A DNA stretch of 48,245 bases from assembly GCF_001194135.2 (NCBI RefSeq), contig NC_068984.1, forward strand, positions 67,537,634 to 67,585,878, written 5' to 3'. This DNA is from Octopus bimaculoides (Eukaryota). This document shows positions 13,136 to 26,178 of this stretch, piece after piece. Under the pieces are notes generated by a model that saw only the letters and a list, made by a program, of their open reading frames with translations, was not told the DNA's origin and did not search any database. Position 1 is the first letter of the stretch. Every line of letters starts with the position of its first letter. Both the position numbers and the translations under genes were made by a program.

Positions 13136-14016
13136 CAAAATTTAACATTATATTTAAAGGTTGAAGACTCTTTATCTAATGGTAACACTGAGTTTCATAT
13201 ATTTACCACTGGACTACATACATAACAGTGTATTGAAATGCAACCGACTTAAGAAGCAATTACTAGACGACAATGCATCTGAAATAAATTAAAACGAAAC
13301 GCAATAGGCAAGTAAGAATATTTAAAGACTTGAACAGTGAACATCGTTTTAAAATTATAAACACTGACCTCAGATTTCATTGGTATTACAAGTATAGCTT
13401 TACTGAAACTGAACTGCATTTCAGATAAGGTTTTATACTTCATAAAATATCAATGTCATGTCTGTAAATTAATTTCCTTATTCGAACTTAAATTTGGTCA
13501 AACGTTTGATTGGTACTGCCAAATAATATAGTTCTTATTAACGCAACGTTAATACTCTTCATTTATAACACTGGATATAACTCGAAGACTGAACACAAAT
13601 AAATACCTGAAATGACAATTTGGTTATAGAGAAAATCTTATTCCCATATACTACATTCAAATTAGAAAAAGCTAAAAGCTAAGCTGTGTCTGACTATCTC
13701 ATTTATCATATTTTGTGACTACAGAGACATTTTGCAGAATAAATTGGGAATAATTGCCATAGGTTATCAGTCTTGTTATACTTGACTCTGCCTTCAGACG
13801 TTCTCTTCAGTTTTTCTTGACATTTAACTCCTTTTACCCACATTACCACTGCTCTCCTGATCAAATAATTGTGATACAAATAACACACATAGCTTCAAAT
13901 AGCACATGCATATATAGATACACACACACACAGAGAAAGAGTTAGCCACACACATAAAAGAGACAGACACACACAGACACACACATACACAAGCATATAT
14001 ATCTCTCTATGTAAGC

Positions 14017-14056
<40 letters not shown>

Positions 14057-14833
14057 NNNNNNNNNNNNNNNNNNNNNNNNNNNNNNNNNNNNNNNNNNNN
14101 NNNNNNNNNNNNNNNNNNNNNNNNNNNNNNNNNNNNNNNNNNNNNNNNNNNNNNNNNNNNNNNNNNNNNNNNNNNNNNNNNNNNNNNNNNNNNNNNNNNN
14201 NNNNNNNNNNNNNNNNNNNNNNNNNNNNNNNNNNNNNNNNNNNNNNNNNNNNNNNNNNNNNNNNNNNNNNNNNNNNNNNNNNNNNNNNNNNNNNNNNNNN
14301 NNNNNNNNNNNNNNNNNNNNNNNNNNNNNACATATATGTATGTATGATTAATGTTCTTATATATAATTTTAGATTGGAATGATTTCTATGTAACATAAAT
14401 GTTAATCAAGAACTTGACCTTTTCAAGATAGCTCTAAAAAGAAACATCTTTATTTATTTCTTAATTACAAATAATTACCATTCTAAATGTTTATGAATAA
14501 TAATGGAAAAAAAAAAAACACAATTGATACATATGATTTTTTCTAAAAATGCGATGTACACAAATATAGATTCGAAATATTTCATAATTTATTAATCCAA
14601 ATTGCATTATTTTAGGTCGCTGGGAGCCTGAAACAAATTACGACTGAATGCGATAATTTAAGTAAAGCAATTTTAAGTAATATAGTTTGAAATGTATAAC
14701 ATCTCTTGTGTATACTGGATTTTTTAAATAAATCATGGTTATTAACTTTATCATTTATTTCCGTTATTCTTGATTAATATCTTCGTTCCGTAGATATATA
14801 CATTCAATCTAAAATCATTATTTATCAATTTGA

Positions 14834-15045
14834 AGGCGGTGAGCCAGCGGAATCGTTAGCACTGCGGGTTAATGCTTAGTAGCATTTCGTTCCTCTTTAC
14901 GTTCCGAGTTCAAATTCCGCCGAGGTCGACTTTGCTTTTCATCCTATCAGGGGCGATAAAATAGGTATAAGATGAGCACTGGGGTCGATGTAATCGACTT
15001 ATCTCCTTTCCCAAAATTACCGGCCTTGAGCCAAATTTTGAAATC
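14834..15045 (+). mobile_element. SINE family A, full-length copy
   Basis: Head 'aggcggtgagccagcggaatcgttagc', B-box 'gagttcaaattcc' (about 14906-14918), central 'gaggtcgactttgcttttcatcctatcaggggcgataaaata', 3' 'ggccttgagccaaattttgaaatc'. Confidence 0.92.
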
Positions 15046-16899
15046 ATGATATCATTCCACTTTAATTTACTCCTATATTCTTTCAGAATGTCGTATATAG
15101 GAAACATAGAAGTTGAAAATGCACTGAGAATAGTTAATATGTTATTTTATTATTATATTTAAAGANNNNNNNNNNNNNNNNNNNNNNNNNNNNNNNNNNN
15201 NNNNNNNNNNNNNNNNNNNNNNNNNNNNNNNNNNNNNNNNNNNNNNNNNNNNNNNNNNNNNNNNNNNNNNNNNNNNNNNNNNNNNNNNNNNNNNNNNNNN
15301 NNNNNNNNNNNNNNNNNNNNNNNNNNNNNNNNNNNNNNNNNNNNNNNNNNNNNNNNNNNNNNNNNNNNNNNNNNNNNNNNNNNNNNNNNNNNNNNNNNNN
15401 NNNNNNNNNNNNNNNNNNNNNNNNNNNNNNNNNNNNNNNNNNNNNNNNNNNNNNNNNNNNNNNNNNNNNNNNNNNNNNNNNNNNNNNNNNNNNNNNNNNN
15501 NNNNNNNNNNNNNNNNNNNNNNNNNNNNNNNNNNNNNNNNNNNNNNNNNNNNNNNNNNNNNNNNNNNNNNNNNNNNNNNNNNNNNNNNNNNNNNNNNNNN
15601 NNNNNNNNNNNNNNNNNNNNNNNNNNNNNNNNNNNNNNNNNNNNNNNNNNNNNNNNNNNNNNNNNNNNNNNNNNNNNNNNNNNNNNNNNNNNNNNNNNNN
15701 NNNNNNNNNNNNNNNNNNNNNNNNNNNNNNNNNNNNNNNNNNNNNNNNNNNNNNNNNNNNNNNNNNNNNNNNNNNNNNNNNNNNNNNNNNNNNNNNNNNN
15801 NNNNNNNNNNNNNNNNNNNNNNNNNNNNNNNNNNNNNNNNNNNNNNNNNNNNNNNNNNNNNNNNNNNNNNNNNNNNNNNNNNNNNNNNNNNNNNNNNNNN
15901 NNNNNNNNNNNNNNNNNNNNNNNNNNNNNNNNNNNNNNNNNNNNNNNNNNNNNNNNNNNNNNNNNNNNNNNNNNNNNNNNNNNNNNNNNNNNNNNNNNNN
16001 NNNNNNNNNNNNNNNNNNNNNNNNNNNNNNNNNNNNNNNNNNNNNNNNNNATATATATGTAACTACAGTAATAATATTGGTAGATGAAAATATTTGTATG
16101 AGTCAGCAACATCTATTACTTTACAAACCGAATACTAATACTTACTGTCACATTTAGTACTAATTGATGTTACATATTTTAACAAACAGCTAAACATCTC
16201 TAAGTCAAAATTGTTTGAAAGGCGATTTGTTTGTCTGTCAGTGATGCCTCACTAGTTAGGTATGATCCTGCTATGCAAACCTACTTAAATATCAATTTCG
16301 AGTAAATAGTTTGATGAGACGTAATCTATGAATTTCAGTAAATTATACTATATGGTATTAAAATAGATATATAAATGATACACAGCCTGAAATTGAAGTT
16401 AGATAATTTAGCTAAGCGTGAAAGAAGTAAAGCTGATTTGATGACGAATTATCTGTTAAATATGTAAGACATTTTGTAGAGGAAGGCATGTTGCTTCCGC
16501 CCGTTACATTTATGCAAACTAATTTCACTGAGCGCAATGAGAGGCTATCGAGAATGCAATCATTAATATATTTCCTGCAATTGTCACCAATAACAAGAAA
16601 TTGAATATCATACGACTGTAATATATGCACACGCAATTAGACATATACATTAGGTATATTTCTCATATATTTATTATATACATGTATAGAATAATACATT
16701 ATAAGAATATAATATGATATAATATATAAATAAATTTTAATTTTTGAATTGAGAAATATGTATCTACATTTTCTATTGATTTATATATACTTACGTATGT
16801 ATATACATATATATCTATATATCTATCTATCCACATCTCTCTCTCTCTACAAAAACATCAGGTCTTGAATTTAGACATGTAGCGGTGTGTAAAAAACTT

Positions 16900-17075
16900 T
16901 TCCAGACGAGCCATCTTTCCATATCGCAAAGACCTCACTTTCCACTGCCGTCGATATACGGTTTACACTTAGCTAAGATCTTCCAGTGAATCTTATGGCT
17001 GACACCTTGTTCTTTTAAGGTCCATATATAACTGGATAATTTGATCGTTTTTCTTTTATCCCAGTGTTGCGGCGA
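16900..17075 (-). mobile_element. Penelope-like element, GIY-YIG endonuclease C-terminal fragment
   Basis: The minus strand reads KLSSYIWTLKEQGVSHKIHWKILAKCKPYIDGSGK*GLCDMERWLV, matching the PLE 'T.LS.YIW.LK......I.WKIL....PY..GS.KC.LC..EK' region. Confidence 0.85.
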
Positions 17076-18289
17076 ATGTGAATATATATACGTTTTATGT
17101 TTTGCGCATGTTTTCATTTGTATAAATGTCCATATATCTACGCGAGGATGATGTTGTCTATGTACTTATACGTATGTGTGTGTGTATATTTGTACATCTA
17201 TATGCATATGCGTGGTTTTGTCTATCCGCGTGTCTATGTGTATGGAGATAGGTATATTCATACATGCGGCGTGTGTGAATATATGCCTGATACGAACATT
17301 AATACATGTATATTATTTACGGTTTTAAAAAGTATTTATATAAGTTCTAAGACAAATGTAAACTTTTTTCTATGTTAAGATGGAGTTATATATATCTATA
17401 TACGTATGTGTCTGTGTTTTCATATTTATATTTTTATGTTCGTATATGCATATGCATGTATGTGCATATGCGTATGTGTGTGAGTGTAGAGATGTGTATA
17501 TGAGCATAATAATACATGCGTAAGCACATATACGTGTTTATGTGCGTGTATGAGTGTATGCACGTGTATGTGTGTGCACGTATATAAATATATATGTATA
17601 TATGTATGTGCATGTAAGTACAGAAATATATACACATGTGTGTATATGCGTATGTATATGTATGTATATATACATTTGTACGTATGTAGATTTTATGAAC
17701 AAAGGTTTCTATATTTACGTGTTTGTATTTTTATATCTTTTACTTTTATTCACTTTACCCAGGCCTATTAGGGTATCTTCCCTTTATTCAACAGGTTTTT
17801 TATAGCATTTTTGTGGTAATAACTTATGAGCATGCCTTTTAGCCCCAGCATCTTTAACTCTGAGTATTATTATGAAAAATAACTGATTGTCCTATTTTAT
17901 ATATTTCTAAATACATTCCTGTATTTACATAATATCAAGGTCTCATTCATTTTTGTTGTCAAAATATTATTATCATTATTATTATTATTGTTGTTGTTGT
18001 TGTTGTTATTATCATTGTTTAATTATTACTATTTTTGATATTATTATTGATATATATATGTATATATATATATATATGAGAGAGGGAGGGGGAGGGGGCG
18101 AGAGAGTGAGTGAAAGAAACAGACAGAATTAAAGAGAGGAACTATAATAGGGCGTGCGAGAGAATATATGTAAGTAAGAGAAACAGACAATGAGAAAAAA
18201 GACAAAAAATAAAACAGATAAAGAAAAGGAGAGAATCGGTTGAAAACTGGAAAAGTTAAAGGAAGATAATCGGTTGACAAATGCAGTTT

Positions 18290-18510
18290 TTAAGAGAAAA
18301 ACACGTATAAAACAACTTTGTTTCACGTTTCTCAGTTTACGCGCGAGCTCTAGGCAAAATATTGTAGTGAATTACCATTCTTTGCACAGGAATAATGTGT
18401 GTATAAAGTTTGGTGAAAATCGGTTGCAAATTGTAGAACTGCATACGTACCACACATACATACACACACTCATACACATATACAAACGTCATTTATGTTA
18501 TAATTATACA
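18290..18510 (+). mobile_element. Possible non-autonomous Helitron/Helentron-like repeat 3' region
   Basis: 'aagtttggtgaaaatcggttgcaaattgtagaa...catacatacacacac' resembles the microsatellite-carrying 3' ends of such elements. Termini not verified. Confidence 0.3.
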
Positions 18511-18667
18511 TGCACACACATATATACATATATATATATATGCATACATAGATATATGCATACATGGATATATGCATACATATATATAAATATATATATA
18601 TATATATAAACATATATATACACATACATATATATTTATATATACATATACATATATGTGAAGGATC

Positions 18668-18706
<39 letters not shown>

Positions 18707-19645
18707 ACCTTTCACAGGGATATATATANNNNNNNNNNNNNNNNNNNNNNNNNNNNNNNNNNNNNNNNNNNNNNNNNNNNNNNNNNNNNNNNNNNNNNNN
18801 NNNNNNNNNNNNNNNNNNNNNNNNNNNNNNNNNNNNNNNNNNNNNNNNNNNNNNNNNNNTATATATATATATATATACACTTTTGTATGTTCTATGTAAT
18901 GAATATATTATTTGTGTGCGCGCGCATTTAATATACGGCTACATTCATTCTTGATTCATTTAACTGTCTTGTATTTTCTATTTAATTCTTTATTTTTGGA
19001 AAGATAACATTAGATTTCTGAATCCATTAGTTCGACATTTTGAGACCTTCAGAATCTCATTTTCAGATTAAAATTTTACAATGGATTGCAGTCTGTACGT
19101 TTTGGAGATATCTCCCCAGTGTTCTGTGGGGAAAAGTTTACAAGAGATAAAAATTTCTGAACGATAATTTTGAAATAATATAACGTTAAATCATCGTAAT
19201 ATTCGTTATATGATATGTGACGTATGTTTATATTTTCTGTACCTGTGATTTTATAATTAATTTTTTTCAACTATTAGTAAAGCTTCGAAAGTTATTCTCA
19301 TTTCATGTGGAATTCTATATAAAATTCTGAAGAAGAGCTGTGTTTTTGTATAAAATATTTTCTGTATTGCATTATAACGAGTTGAAATGCCTCCTTGTAA
19401 ATTTATTGTCGAACACGTGTGTTTGCGCGTGCGCTTAAGAGTTTGTGCATAAGAGGTATAAGTGTGTATATGCGTGAGCGCGTGCATGTGTATATACCTA
19501 AATATAAGCACATGCACATCCATATAATTACATACGTAACATTTACAAACAAACAGTTGCCTTTCCATTAGCTTTTGTTTCAATCCCCGAATCCTTAAAC
19601 TCACAATTTGTTACATTTACATTAAAAAAAAAAAACAATAATAAT

Positions 19646-19800
19646 AATTTTAGCACAAGGCCAGCAATTTGGTAGAAGGTGTTTGGTCGATTACATCGAC
19701 ACCAGTAATCAACTGGTACCGATTGTATCCACCCAGAGAGGATGAAAGACTAAGTCGACTTCGGGGGAATTTGAACCTTGAACGTAAGGACAAAATGCCT
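19646..19800 (-). mobile_element. SINE family A, 5'-truncated copy
   Basis: 'aattttagcacaaggccagcaattt...gtcgattacatcgacaccagt...gatgaaagactaagtcgacttcgggggaatttgaac'. Confidence 0.85.
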
Positions 19801-19820
19801 CAATAATAATAATGTTGATA

Positions 19821-19936
19821 ATTTCAAATTTTGACATAAGGCCAGCTCGGTGGAATTTGAGCCCAGAACGTAAAAGTGGACGAAATACTGCTAAGCATTT
19901 TGCCCGGCTCGCTAACGATTCTGCCAGCTCGCGGCC

Positions 19937-19938
<2 letters not shown>
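19821..19938 (-). mobile_element. SINE family A, internally deleted copy (head plus tail, central domain missing)
   Basis: The tail segment 'atttcaaattttgacataaggccag' joins directly to 'ctcggtggaatttgagcccagaacg...gctaacgattctgccagctcgcggcctt'. Confidence 0.85.
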
Positions 19939-20009
<71 letters not shown>

Positions 20010-20020
20010 TAATAATAATG

Positions 20021-20092
<72 letters not shown>

Positions 20093-20201
20093 GGACTAGT
20101 CGATTTCACTGACCCCAGTAGTCGATGTTATTATAATAGTTTCAAATGTTGCCACAAGAGCATTTTTCCCTGCGCGTTAATCATTCTATCAGTTAGCTGC
20201 T

Positions 20202-20271
<70 letters not shown>

Positions 20272-20320
20272 TAATAATAATAATAATAATATTAATAATG
20301 ATAACAATAAAATAATAATA
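19939..20320. repeat. (AAT)n microsatellites (19939-20090 and 20204-20320) separated by short SINE-A remnants
   Basis: Directly visible. The intervening 'gtcgatttcactgaccccagt' and 'gtttcaaatgttgccacaag' are SINE-A pieces. Confidence 0.95.
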
Positions 20321-20498
20321 ATAGGCACAATTAGATCGAAATTATATTAGACAACCATTCATTTCTTTTTTTTCCAAGTAGATATGAGATCTGGAAAATT
20401 ATTGATATGAAATTAAAATAATGCTTTATTGATGGCCTGATATGAAGCTGCGTTTTTGTTTTTCCTCCACCAGTTCAATGTTGCGACTCGTGCATGTT

Positions 20499-20588
20499 GC
20501 TATCACGTCGGCTCGTCGGACGTACAGACGCTATCGCGCCGTCTCAGAAATACAGACGCTATCGTGCCTGCTCGTCGGACGTACAGAC
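20499..20588. repeat. CpG-rich degenerate tandem repeat, three units of 31, 28 and 31 bp
   Basis: gctatcacgtcggctcgtcggacgtacagac / gctatcgcgccgtctcagaaatacagac / gctatcgtgcctgctcgtcggacgtacagac. Confidence 0.9.
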
Positions 20589-20822
20589 GCTCAGATGTTA
20601 TCTCACCAATTGATGATTCAGACTGTAGCATCCACTGTAAATGTGTAAAGAACAAAAGACTGATCCTGATGGTGGTTCTTTATATTAATTAAGTGTTCGA
20701 GAGCTGTATTCATATAGTATACAGGAATATATCCTTGTTTAATACGAGTCAATATTACCTGTTTACAATCTTTGCTGAATAGATCTCAATTTTGAGGGTG
20801 TGTGTTTGTGTGCATGTGTTTG

Positions 20823-20825
<3 letters not shown>

Positions 20826-20900
<75 letters not shown>

Positions 20901-21070
20901 TACATATATGTATATAATTGTGTATATATATATATATATATATTTATATGCATATATGTGTATATATATATATATATATGTGTATGTATATATATTTATG
21001 CATATATATATATATGAATTTATGTATATATACTTATTTATGTATATATATAAATTTGAGTACATATAAA
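20826..21070. repeat. (TA)n and degenerate TA/TG microsatellite
   Basis: Directly visible. Confidence 0.97.
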
Positions 21071-21433
21071 TTTATATGTGTGTGTGTATATATTTAAGCA
21101 TGTATGTATTGTGTACCATTCTTCAAAATCAATATTGAATTAAAATAAACAACTTCCCGTAGTACTTGATTGAGAGCACTTTATTGGCATTCGGAATACA
21201 CATGTAGTAAAACACACTTCACTTTACACGATGTCTCATACGTCTTACATCACAGACAGATACATGCACTGAAGCATGTAAAAAGTACCCGCATGAATGC
21301 AAAAGGAGTACTCATCAAATTTTTTATTGATGGGGTAGACTCTACAAGACTAATTATACTCTTGAATTATTAAGTAAATGAGTTTTAATCACATTCTCTA
21401 TTTTTTTCATAGTTACTCCACAATTTTGGCCAA

Positions 21434-21472
<39 letters not shown>

Positions 21473-22016
21473 ATATATGACATTGACCATAGAAAAGGTA
21501 AGAGCACAAAGGAAAGAAAGAGACCGCGATAATATGTAAATNNNNNNNNNNNNNNNNNNNNNNNNNNNNNNNNNNNNNNNNNNNNNNNNNNNNNNNNNNN
21601 NNNNNNNNNNNNNNNNNNNNNNNNNNNNNNNNNNNNNNNNNNNNNNNNNNNNNNNNNNNNNNNNNNNNNNNNNNNNNNNNNNNNNNNNNNNNNNNNNNNN
21701 NNNNNNNNNNNNNNNNNNNNNNNNNNNNNNNNNNNNNNNNNNNNNNNNNNNNNNNNNNNNNNNNNNNNNNNNNNNNNNNNNNNNNNNNNNNNNNNNNNNN
21801 NNNNNNNNNNNNNNNNNNNNNNNNNNNNNNNNNNNNNNNNNNNNNNNNNNNNNNNNNNNNNNNNNNNNNNNNNNNNNNNNNNNNNNNNNNNNNNNNNNNN
21901 NNNNNNNNNNNNNNNNNNNNNNNNNNNNNNNNNNNNNNNNNNNNNNNNNNNNNNNNNNNNNNNNNNNNNNNNNNNNNATATATTTATATATATTTATATA
22001 TATATATATACACACA

Positions 22017-22636
22017 CGAGTTCTGATCAATAAATATCCGGACTGTTGCGGTAATAAGGAATCTAAACCATGCAGATTGATGCCGCTTGGCAAAGATTAA
22101 CTTTGAATACTGTTGTGCATATGCACCTAGTGTTAACGTTCTAACTCGCTTCTACTGTTGAGAGTAGTGCTTGGAAGTTAGAGGTGTTGCTTGTGATAGT
22201 TTCATTGACCATGACAGAGACATTTATCATGGCGGTACATGCTCAGAGGCCTACGCAAAGTTGCAGAACGTCTATAGACAGAAGTGCATGAGCCGCACAG
22301 AAATTTACGAGTGGTTCAGATGTTTCCAAGAGGGTTGAAAAAATGTTGATAGTGACGAATGTTCTGGGAGACCCGCATCCAATAGAACTGAGAAAAACAT
22401 CGTAGACGTGCGAGCAGCTGTGAAGGGAAGTGATCGTATCACTATCTGTGAGTTATCAGAGAATCTGCAGATTAGTTACAGCTCAGTTCTGTTCATTATC
22501 TGTGAAGAATTTGGTATGAGATGTGTGTCTGCCAAGTTTGTGCGGAAACTGCTTTCAGCTGACCAAAATAAAACTCGGATTTTAGTTTCACAAAATCTCG
22601 TTGGTTGTATCGACAGCGATGAAAAGTTTTTGAAAA
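22017..22636 (+). mobile_element. mariner transposon left half (TIR plus N-terminal HTH region of the transposase), pseudogenised
   Basis: TIR-like 'cgagttctgatcaataaatatccggactg'. Translates as EAYAKLQNVYRQKCMSRTEIYEWFRCFQEG*KNVDSDECSGRPASNRTEKNIVDVRAAVKGSDRITICELSENLQISYSSVLFIICEEFGMRCVSAKFVRKLLSADQ, which includes the mariner 'WF..F..G...D..RSGRP' motif and a 'WVPKLL'-equivalent motif. Confidence 0.92.
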
Positions 22637-22790
22637 CTTTGCATAGGCCTCTTAGCAGGTATCGCCAAGTTTTGGGCAAAATTTGAAGCCGGTTTTACTG
22701 CTCAATTTTCTCTGTTATGGTCTATGCAGCAATCATATGCTACACAGCTTCTTTCTAAGCATATTTTCCAGTTTTCTCTCCATTATTCTA
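22634..22790 (-). mobile_element. Second, inverted mariner left-end segment (transposase start region)
   Basis: The reverse complement 'tggcgatacctgctaagaggcctatgcaaagtt' matches 'tggcggtacatgctcagaggcctacgcaaagtt' (about 22230-22262) at 29/33. It reads TEKIEQ/..FKFCPKLGDTC*EAYAK. Confidence 0.75.
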
Positions 22791-24117
22791 GTTTCTGAAT
22801 TTTTGTGTATATATATATATATATATATNNNNNNNNNNNNNNNNNNNNNNNNNNNNNNNNNNNNNNNNNNNNNNNNNNNNNNNNNNNNNNNNNNNNNNNN
22901 NNNNNNNNNNNNNNNNNNNNNNNNNNNNNNNNNNNNNNNNNNNNNNNNNNNNNNNNNATATATATGTATATTACCCCCATGAAAGATGAACAAATATCTC
23001 CCCTGTCTACAATAATAATGATAAACAATTACCTCCCCCTAAATTTTTCTACTTATTGAATAAACTCTACACACAACATGGACAAAACAATTTTTCCTCA
23101 CAAAATGCGTACTTAAATAATTTTTTATGTTAAGATTAGCGAAAGCGAAACTGGTCGACAAACACATATGAAATATATTTAAAATTATATTAAAACTATG
23201 TAAAGAGAGTGCATTTTCTTTCTTAATTTCTTATATATATTACAACTCACCACGTGGGGATAATCGAAATCCTCCTTTTCTGTTACTATTTATATATATC
23301 CTGTTAAATACTATTAAAATCTTAGAAGGATATCGTATGAGATGCCTCTATCTTACTCCCGGGACAACGCAGTACAACACCTTTTGTGGAGACAGTAATG
23401 ACGATTGAATTGAGGCATGCAAAGTTTTACATACTGTGCAAAAAGTTAAATTTGTTTAAATAGACAAGTATTTAAATTAATATGGATACGTATTCATTTC
23501 ATATGTCTGTGTTCATTAGATAATGCAATATTGTTTGCAAATATTCGCGCATGGACCAACATTTTGACGAAGATATTGTCGATTAAATTGTCCTGTTTAC
23601 TTCTTTCGAACTTAATTATGACAATCCTGGAAAAGTGAAAGACGATGTCTCGGTGAGATTTGAACTCAGAATAAGCTATGAAAACTCAATTCCTTTTGCT
23701 CATCACTTGGACAATTCTGCCAACGCGTCATCCCTTTTTCGACTATAATTCATGATTTATGAAAGCCGTATTTAAAATGAGATGGTCACCAGCAGAAAAG
23801 TGGATATTCCAAAAGATATTTAATGAGAATTTTCTAACACTTAAAGAGAATTCTCTACTTGACTGTGTCAATTATATATAGTTACACTCTATCAATTTAC
23901 GGATTATGTAACAATTCCCTATTGATTAATCTGTTTTGTCATATACTTATTGAGTTTCATCTCACCATCAATAAGCAAATAATATGTATCCTTGGAGGAG
24001 CGAAATTGTGTATGTATGTGCGTTTGTATTCGCGCATTCACAGCACACAAGGCACAGGGCCAGGCTTTAGATGGTGTAGGTGCATTGTTACCCACTCTGA
24101 TGTTTACCACGGCCAGT

Positions 24118-24149
<32 letters not shown>

Positions 24150-24262
24150 TGTATGTATAGAGAGTCCTATATACCAGCTAATTCACATAACTTGATCATA
24201 AGCAGACAAAGCATTCTCAATTTCTTTAAAATACGCATCTGACAGGCTTTGAATTTTCCTAG

Positions 24263-24384
24263 TCGAACCATCAGTCAGAAAGACACGCAGGAGCAAATAC
24301 TTATTTGCGAAGGTGTTTACAGAAGATAAAATAAATGTCTTCAAACGAATGTCGTTGGACAAAGCCCTTACAGCGCAGACACAA
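24263..24384 (+). CDS. Candidate internal exon of an unidentified gene
   Basis: Acceptor ttttcctag|, donor caa|gtaaac. The open frame reads EPSVRKTRRSKYLFAKVFTEDKINVFKRMSLDKALTAQTQ. No recognised homology. Confidence 0.25.
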
Positions 24385-24733
24385 GTAAACATGGGAAATA
24401 ACCATTTTACATCATTACATTCTCAATTATTGTCTAACTCCCTTCTTATTTTAGTCTGACAGGAAATCAATAATAGTACTTAGGTAAAATTTAATTTTCA
24501 GATATTTCAATATTAATAAGATTAGTTGACAAAACAAGAACAAGAGAAAAATGTCAATCGTCGGTAAGAATTCTATTAATATGATGTACCAAAATACAGC
24601 TTCTGTATCATAGAAAGAAGATAATAACCTCATAGATTTAACAAACTCATTTCATTGTGTAATATGACGTAATAAAATAAAGCTGTAACAAAGGAATTAT
24701 TGAATGGAAATCAATAAATGTTCCTACACTATC

Positions 24734-24900
24734 ATGGCTGAAGTAGAAATGAAACAGACATGTTTAAATGAATTCTTATATCAGACTTATTCAACAGACT
24801 ATACTATTCTGAGTGAGACAGAGATAGCCTCAACATAGTTGCATGACCTGATAGATGTAGCGAATAGATTTTCCTCAAACTGAAGCATTGTCATCAAACA
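24734..24900 (+). mobile_element. Possible heavily decayed LINE reverse-transcriptase remnant
   Basis: STDYTILSETEIAST*LHDLIDVANRF weakly resembles 'YADD..LL.E....Q..L..L...A'. The catalytic motif is not conserved. Confidence 0.25.
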
Positions 24901-26095
24901 GAAAAAAAAGAAAAGAAAAAGCAAAAACAGATAAGATATAGAACAAGCCGAAATGTTCATAGCTGGAAAGCATTTGATCAGGGTTTTGATTGTTAGCGGC
25001 TGACTCAGTACTCTACTGCAACGTTATCTATGCTTTTGACACATTACTTTCAATTCAGAAAAGTATTTAAGAAGGAAAATGTGTTTCATTTGAAAACTCG
25101 CAACTATATTCGGTATTTTTATACCCTAAAATTGATTAGTCGCAATTATTATCTTTTACAAACAGGAGAGCAAGGCAAACAGTTTTTGATTGCTCATTTC
25201 AATGTCGACACACGGAACTCTTTTCACCACCGTAGACAAAATTTACTTTCGTTTATACTCCTTTTAAATACCAGAATTGTTCATTTTGTTGAAGAAATTA
25301 TACCACATTTCATTTTTAAAAATAACACAACCGGTACATAGTTTTATACTTATTCAAAATTTTGAAGAATTGATCCTAATATGTGGAACTGAGTTATTAC
25401 GATCATATGTCCACTTCATTATCATCATCATTATTGTCGTTGTTATCATCCTCCTTTTCGCTTCTTCCTCGCTGCAATTATTATCACCAGAATGATCTTG
25501 TTCACTATTTTTGATGATGCATAGTCCTAAGACTATCTTGATCGAGTAACTTTATGACCAAAAGCGTTTCAGGCAAGACTGTACAGCCAGTAATTTTCCT
25601 ATGTGCAGGGAATTTAAAAGTTCATTACAATATAAGAATTCCACAGATTGTAGTGTTTGGTATGAGGGTGGTTTTATTGTTATTTCGAACATTATGAACA
25701 ACCACGTAGAGGCTCTCTAATTTTCCCATCATCATTTCTATCAGGACCACCAAACCATAACTATCAACAGAGGCAAAATGAAGCATGGTGTTTTCCCATT
25801 TACATGTTTCTACACACCCTAACGTGATGGTATTCTAGAAGACCTGTGATCAGATGCGTTCTTGCGTGACCATCTATTTTAAAGTTAGTTAATCACAGAA
25901 TACTATACCCTCGTTTTTCATAGAGATCGGTGTGCGAAGGAGATTGTACTGCTATCTCTGTTAAATGTAGTGACTTTATAAATCATCCCTTATTGATACC
26001 TCTTAACATTAGTGTAAATGTCTCTATTTGTCTGTATGTGTATTTACATTTTTTTTAGAGGTATATAAATAAACATACTTGTTTGTCCATGCTTG

Positions 26096-26135
26096 GTGTG
26101 TATGTGTGTGTGTGTGTGTGTGTGAGTGTGTGTGT

Positions 26136-26177
<42 letters not shown>
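26096..26177. repeat. (TG)n microsatellite
   Basis: Directly visible. Confidence 0.97.

Positions 26178-26178
<1 letters not shown>

Noticed and set aside
14834-15045. SINE heads as tRNA genes
   Set aside because: They carry A/B-box-like motifs but no cloverleaf, and continue into a SINE body repeated many times in the window.
16412-16636. Minus-strand frame 'FLLLVTIAGNILMIAF' resembling GPCR TM1, and neighbouring 74-aa ORF
   Set aside because: The frame stops within about 10 codons and no TM2 'LAxxD' motif follows. A hydrophobic run is expected by chance in AT-rich DNA.
20499-20588. Repeat-spacer-like pattern suggestive of a CRISPR array
   Set aside because: Eukaryotic context, degenerate tandem units without unique spacers, and no cas genes.
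24183-24392. Minus-strand ORF with 'RVFLTDGSTRKI' (RA/FERM- or VWA-like look)
   Set aside because: No convincing splice sites on the minus strand, too short to assign, and it overlaps a plus-strand exon candidate.
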